Positions 58,406 through 64,000 of a stretch of DNA of 64,000 nt are shown here, one piece after another; within the stretch, counting starts at the first letter, position 1; every line of letters begins with the position of its first letter. Origin of the DNA: Ascoidea asiatica JCM 7603. Its lineage: Eukaryota; Fungi; Ascomycota. The stretch spans positions 108,611 to 172,610 of the forward strand of contig BCKQ01000014.1 in NCBI GenBank assembly GCA_001600695.1, in the 5' to 3' direction. Position numbers and translations under genes: made by a program. The notes below the pieces were generated by a model, which did no database searches, was not told the origin of the DNA, and worked only from the letters and a program-made list of their open reading frames with translations.

Positions 58406-59301
58406 ATTTATTATTAATAATAAGAGAATGTGAATTTAAATTTAAATTTGAGATTGAGATTGATATTGAGATTGAGATTGAGATTGAAATTGGAATTGAA
58501 ATTAGATTTGAAACTATTTAGAATCAAAGATATGAAACCAGATAATTAAGAATATTAACTTTCATAAAATGGAGATATAGATATTTAATGAAACAATGGA
58601 GTATAAAACAATTGATATATGTATATGTTGAAAAGTGTTGAGATATAATATAATATAATATAATATAATACAATACAATAGTAGATTAGATTAGATTAGA
58701 TCAGAATAAAACCCAAAGAATAGAGAAAGTCAAGAGAGAAAGTCAAGAGTATAGCGAGTAGCGAGTGCAGGAAGTGACTATACCAAAACACACCAAAATA
58801 CGAAAGAAATACGAAAGAAATACGAAAGAAAGAGAAGAGAAAGAGAAGGAGAGAGAAAGGAAGAGAAAGGAAGGAGAAGGAGTATAAATAGAAGCGAGTC
58901 TGCTCTTGTTTTCGAGGAGCGGAGAAAGAGCAGAGCGGAAAGCAGAGGTTGGGAGAGGGAGCAGGTGGGAGCCGAGGGCAGGGCCGGCGGTCACGGGAAA
59001 GCAGGTCGGATTGCAGTCTGGAATGTGTGTTTATTACGTAAGGAGGCGTGACGGTGGAGAGGGTCTTGCTGTCTTGCTGATTACTAAGCAGCGAGGCGTT
59101 TTCGGAGATTTGAGTTCCTCCCGGTCCGCACGGAACATTTATACCCGTCCATTTCAAATTTGCCACTTTCCTTATAAAAGCAGAGAAAGATTCATGAATT
59201 GTGAACAATTTCATGAATATAAAAAAAACAATTGATTGCGAATTGAGAATTGTGAATTGAGAATTGTGAATTGTAATATTATAATAAATTGTATTGGAAT
59301 C

Positions 59302-60375
59302 ATGTCAAAGGAAATTGTTTTAGTTACTGGTGGTAGTGGGTTTGTTGGTGCATATTGTGTTCTTGAAGCTTTAAAAAGAGGTTTTCAAGTTAGAACAACT
59401 ATAAGAAATTTAAATAAAAAAGATTTATTAATTAAAAATTGGATTTTAAAATCAGGTTTAGATCCAATTTTATTTAATGAAAAAAATTTAAAATTTTTTG
59501 AAGCAAATTTATTAAATGATTTAAATTGGTCTTTAGCTATTGAAGATTGTAATTATATTATTCATACAGCTTCACCATTTGTTGCAATGAATCCAAAAGA
59601 TCCAAATGATTTAATTAAACCTGCTGTTGAAGGTACTTTAAGAATTTTTAATTTTGCAAAATTACAAAAATCAAATACTATTAAAAGAATTGTTTTAACT
59701 TCTTCTGTTGCTTCAATTGCTTATGGTTATGATAAATCAATTTTAAATAATGGAAAAATTTTAAATGAAAATAATTGGACAAATTTAAATAATATTTCAA
59801 ATTATTATATAAAATCAAAAACTTTAGCAGAAAAAGCTGCTTGGAATTTTATTAAAAATGAATCTCCAAATTTTGATTTAGTTGTAATTAATCCTGCAAT
59901 GATTTCTGGTCCACCTTTAGATAATAAATATTCAACTTCAATTACAATTTTTACTTCATTTTTAAAAGGTTTTTTTAAATTTGGTACTCCAAAAATTTAT
60001 ACTAATTTAATTGATGTAAGAGATGTTGCTAAAATTCATATAGATTCTTGTACAAATAATTTAGCTAAAAATCAAAGATTTTTATTAGTTTCTGGTAAAA
60101 TGATTTCAATTTTTGAACTTAGTAATATTATTGGTAAAAATTTAATAAAATATAAAAAATTAGTACCTTCATTTCAATTTCCAAGTTTATTAATTTATTT
60201 ATTATCTTTTATTATACCTCCATTAAAATCTGTTGTTAATGAACTTGATTATAAATATAATTGTGATAATTCAAAAGCAAGAGAAACTTTTAATTGGACT
60301 CCAATTACTATTGAAAAATCTGTTATTGATACAATTAATGGAATTGAATTAATTGAAAATGAATCTAAAAAATAA
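59302..60375 (+). CDS. NADPH-dependent extended SDR aldehyde reductase (DFR/CCR/GRE2-like)
   Basis: VLVTGGSGFVG, HTASPF, LTSS, YIKSK (YxxxK) and DVRDVA. The ATG is at 59302. Confidence 0.92.
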   Translation: MSKEIVLVTGGSGFVGAYCVLEALKRGFQVRTTIRNLNKKDLLIKNWILKSGLDPILFNEKNLKFFEANLLNDLNWSLAIEDCNYIIHTASPFVAMNPKDPNDLIKPAVEGTLRIFNFAKLQKSNTIKRIVLTSSVASIAYGYDKSILNNGKILNENNWTNLNNISNYYIKSKTLAEKAAWNFIKNESPNFDLVVINPAMISGPPLDNKYSTSITIFTSFLKGFFKFGTPKIYTNLIDVRDVAKIHIDSCTNNLAKNQRFLLVSGKMISIFELSNIIGKNLIKYKKLVPSFQFPSLLIYLLSFIIPPLKSVVNELDYKYNCDNSKARETFNWTPITIEKSVIDTINGIELIENESKK

Positions 60376-60456
60376 TTTACAATTTATATACTTTATATAT
60401 TTTATATATTTTATAACCTACATAAATAATAATAATAATAATAATAATAATACACT

Positions 60457-62076
60457 TTATTTTTCTTGAAGAGTTTTAGAAATTTGATCTTTCATACTTG
60501 GTGTTAATTTTTGAATTATTGAAATTAATTGATCAGATAATTGATCTTTATTTCTATTATCTTCTTGAATAATTTCTGGAGAAATAACTTCTGAAATTGG
60601 AATATTAATATCATTATTTAATTGATTATTTAATTGATTATTTAATTGATTTGATAATTCATTTGATAATTCATTAGTTAATTGATTGGAGAATTGATTT
60701 GTAATTTGTTGTTTAATTTTTTCATTCATTTTTTCAATCATTCCTTGATTAAAATGTATATCATTATTATCATTATTATCATTATTATCATTATTATCAT
60801 TATTATTTTTATTATTATTTTTATTATTTTGAATTGAATTTGAATATTCATAAGGAGTTGTAAATTTAAAATTATTTTTATTATTATTCGTTATATTATT
60901 ATTATTATTATTAATATTATTCGTTATATTATTATTATTATTAATAATATTATTATTAAATTTTAATAAATTTTTTTCATTAATTTTTATTAATCTTTGT
61001 TTTTCAGCAATTTTATTTTCAATATTCATTAAATAAGTTCTTTTTAATTCAATTGGTAAAGATCTATTATTTTTATTTCTTAATCTACAATTTAAACAAG
61101 TTTTTAAATTTTTTAAAATTTCATCATTATTTAAAAAATTTGAACATCTTGTACATTTACCTTGTTTTTGTAAATTAATTTTTCTTTTTTTACAATAATT
61201 TCTACATTTTAAACAACTTTTATAATTTGAAATTGAATCAATTTCATTTAATTTACTTGAACATTGTGTACATTTACCTTGTTTTGCTCTTTTTGCTTTT
61301 TTTTGTCTTGATCTTAATCTACAAATTGAACATAAAACAAAATTTAATTTTTTATAAGAATATGATAAATTTAATTGATTTGAATTTGAATTTGAATTAT
61401 TTTGATTAATATTCATTTGATTATTATTATCATTATTATTATTATTATTATTATTATTAAGTTCTTGATCTTGTTGTTGTTGTTGTTGTTGTTGTTGATT
61501 AGTTGGTAATAAATCACCACAATCTCTACAATAACCTGGATTTAAATTTTCTAAAGTTCTTTTTTGATATCTATTTTTTGTTCTTAATCTTTCTTTTTCT
61601 CTACAATTTGAACATAATTTATATTGTCTTGAATTAATTAATTGATTAAAAAATTTTCTACATTTTGTACATTTTGATTCAATACCTTTTTCAATTTCAT
61701 TTTCATTTTCATTTTCATTTTCATTTCCATTTTCATTTTCATTTTCATTTTTATTATTATTGTTATTGTTATTATTAGCGCTATCATTAGAGTTATCATT
61801 AGAGTTATCATTAGAGTTATCATCAACGTTTATATTCATATTTTCATTAGGAATATTATTTGAATTTGAATCAGTTGATTTCTTTGCTTCATTTTGAATC
61901 AATTGTTGTAATTGTTCAATTTGATGATGAGTAGCATCTATATTTTGATGATCATTATCATTATCATTATCATTATCATTTGTTGCTTCAGATAAATGAG
62001 AATGACTTATTAATTTCTCGATGGCAGCAAAATGAGCTATAAGAGCTTCTTTTGATTCTCCAGCTATTTCACTCAT
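60457..62076 (-). CDS. WOR3-family CxxC-repeat DNA-binding regulator
   Basis: Eight CxxC motifs in four pairs with Wor3-like spacers (FVLCSICR..RQKKAKRAKQGKC; YKSCLKCR...NLQKQGKC; KTCLNCR). Confidence 0.75.
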   Translation of the reverse strand: MSEIAGESKEALIAHFAAIEKLISHSHLSEATNDNDNDNDNDHQNIDATHHQIEQLQQLIQNEAKKSTDSNSNNIPNENMNINVDDNSNDNSNDNSNDSANNNNNNNNKNENENENGNENENENENEIEKGIESKCTKCRKFFNQLINSRQYKLCSNCREKERLRTKNRYQKRTLENLNPGYCRDCGDLLPTNQQQQQQQQQDQELNNNNNNNNNDNNNQMNINQNNSNSNSNQLNLSYSYKKLNFVLCSICRLRSRQKKAKRAKQGKCTQCSSKLNEIDSISNYKSCLKCRNYCKKRKINLQKQGKCTRCSNFLNNDEILKNLKTCLNCRLRNKNNRSLPIELKRTYLMNIENKIAEKQRLIKINEKNLLKFNNNIINNNNNITNNINNNNNNITNNNKNNFKFTTPYEYSNSIQNNKNNNKNNNDNNDNNDNNDNNDIHFNQGMIEKMNEKIKQQITNQFSNQLTNELSNELSNQLNNQLNNQLNNDINIPISEVISPEIIQEDNRNKDQLSDQLISIIQKLTPSMKDQISKTLQEK

Positions 62077-62857
62077 TGAAATGTTTGGGTGGCAATTGCA
62101 CGATCTGTTGTTACTGTTACTGCTACTGCTACTGCTACTGCTAATACTACTACTACTACTAATATTGCTTCTGCTGAATCTGCGATCTTCTTTTGTGCGG
62201 GTATCGGCTGCTGGCTGAGAAAAGAGAAAGAAAAGGTCTTGCTACACTTTTCCAGCAGCAAAGTCTTCTCTTTTCTTCTCTTCTCGTCTTCTCTTCTCTT
62301 CTCTTCTTTTCTTCTCTTCTCTTCTCTTCTTTTCTTTTCTTTTTTCTCAGTCGCGTGTTGAACAATTTTCATTTTCTCTCCAGCCTCATAAACCTATCAG
62401 GTGATATCACCAGCCATACCAGTTTTTTTTATTGTGGCGCTGCACTTTGAATCCATATTCACAGGTCATAAAAAAAAAAAACAAGCTTTATTCTATTCTA
62501 CCACCATAAATACATACTTAATACTTTAGTTATTACTCCCTTAAATTATAACTTTAAACAAAATCAAAAAAAAAATAAAGAAAATGAAAAAAAAATAAAA
62601 TTTTTGTTATTTATCTTATTTGAATCTCTGAAAATTTCTCATATCATCTCTGTTTTCAAAATTTTTAAAAAATTCTTAGATGATTAATTATTCCAACTTT
62701 ATCATTTAATACAGATCACATATTACTCCACTGATAAATTTAAATAAAAATTACAAAAATTCAAAATTCTTGAAATGATTTTCATTTTGAAGCATATGCT
62801 TCATTATCAATTACTTTATTGATTATATTTTTAAAGATTTAAAATCTTTATGAAATT

Positions 62858-64000
62858 TCATTTATCAATACATTCTTTTTCATAAATATCATTTATAATT
62901 TGAAAAACTTTAGTTATTTTACTTTTATTTAAATTATTTTTAATATCATTAATATCCTTTTTTTCAATTTTATTAAAATTTATTATCATTTTATCAGGAT
63001 GCCATCTAATTCTTTCTTTTTTAATAATATTTTTGAAAATTTCTTCTTCTTTAAATATTTTATTATCATATTTTTTATTAAGAATTAAATTTATACCATT
63101 TTTAAAAAAAATTAAAATATTTTCATAATTTAATTTATTACCCAAAGGAAATTGATTAATTGGAAATGAAATTTTTTTAAAATTTTCAAAATTTTCCCAA
63201 TTTTTACAATATATTAAATAATTATATTCTTCTTTAATTGAAATATTATTCTCACTTTTATTCTTTATTTTATCAATTTTACTTGGCTTTGATTTTGATT
63301 TTGGTTTTGATTTCGATTTCAATTTCAATTTTGATTTTGAAAAATCTTCAAAATTTGTATATGACCATTTATATGTATTTGTATTTATATCTATTTTTAT
63401 ATTTTCATTTTTAATTTTATTCTTAATTTCATTCTTTACTTCATTTTTAACTTCATTTTTACCATTTTTATTTTTACAATTTTTTAAACATTTAAATCCA
63501 TTTATTGAATTACCATATTCAATAAATGATATATTATTATTTAAATTATTATTTAAATAATTATTTAAATTATTTTTATTTTTAATTTTATTTTTTTTAC
63601 GTTTTTTAATTGGTGATTGAATATAATTATAATTAAAATTATGATTATTATAAAAATTATAATTACTATTATTATTATTATTTATATCATTTATATCATT
63701 TATATCATTTGATCTTTTTATTGAATTTAAATCATTTATTGGTTTTGGAGCTTTTGATAATGGTGTTTGATATATATTATTATTATTAATTATATTATTA
63801 TTAATGATATTATTATTATTAAAATTATTATTTATTGAATAATTATTATCAAATATAAGTGAAACTTCAGAATCTGTTTCATTATCAGAAACTGTATCAT
63901 AATTATTATCATTATTATCAATATCATTATTTATAAATATTTTTGATTTAAATTTTAATTTTGAATTATTATCTCGATTAATTTCTTGATTGAAATTATT
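62858..64000 (-). CDS. Hypothetical protein with a C-terminal ERIRWHPDK motif (J-like/NFKBIL1-type), 5'-truncated
   Basis: The frame is stop-free from 64000 to 62858 by manual check. It has an Asn-rich body and IIKKERIRWHPDK...TKVFQIIN. Confidence 0.65.
   Translation of the reverse strand, partial: NNFNQEINRDNNSKLKFKSKIFINNDIDNNDNNYDTVSDNETDSEVSLIFDNNYSINNNFNNNNIINNNIINNNNIYQTPLSKAPKPINDLNSIKRSNDINDINDINNNNNSNYNFYNNHNFNYNYIQSPIKKRKKNKIKNKNNLNNYLNNNLNNNISFIEYGNSINGFKCLKNCKNKNGKNEVKNEVKNEIKNKIKNENIKIDINTNTYKWSYTNFEDFSKSKLKLKSKSKPKSKSKPSKIDKIKNKSENNISIKEEYNYLIYCKNWENFENFKKISFPINQFPLGNKLNYENILIFFKNGINLILNKKYDNKIFKEEEIFKNIIKKERIRWHPDKMIINFNKIEKKDINDIKNNLNKSKITKVFQIINDIYEKECIDK

Overview
Very AT-rich eukaryotic DNA from a budding yeast (Saccharomycotina). 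The poly-Asn tracts, TACTAAC introns and rare CTG codons resemble Ascoidea-like lineages, but that assignment is an inference. The window holds about 22 protein-coding genes, mostly housekeeping: NPR3 (5'-truncated), EMP24, RPS27 (intron, missed by the ORF track), GLC7 (intron with an AAG acceptor), an orphan membrane ORF, SAM50, VFA1, SRP102, SAK1, SWI6, RAV1, a secreted CBM1-GH5_7 beta-mannanase, VAS1, MSL5/BBP, a Reb1-like Myb protein, a Zn2Cys6 factor, CDC39/NOT1, a divergent KRE2/KTR mannosyltransferase, GTF1, HFI1/ADA1, an SDR aldehyde reductase, a WOR3-family CxxC regulator and a partial gene at the right edge. The most striking observation is NOT1. Its reading frame runs stop-free 1.3 kb upstream of the supplied ORF and contains the conserved Not1 N-terminal motifs, yet it has no in-frame ATG for 541 codons. 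It begins at AAAA-CTG-TCT, which points to an essential gene initiated at a CUG codon. Other highlights are a filamentous-fungus-style modular mannanase in a yeast, a WOR3 homologue, and GC-rich promoter islands within hyper-AT-rich gene 5' ends. No tRNA, rRNA, CRISPR array or transposon was recognised.
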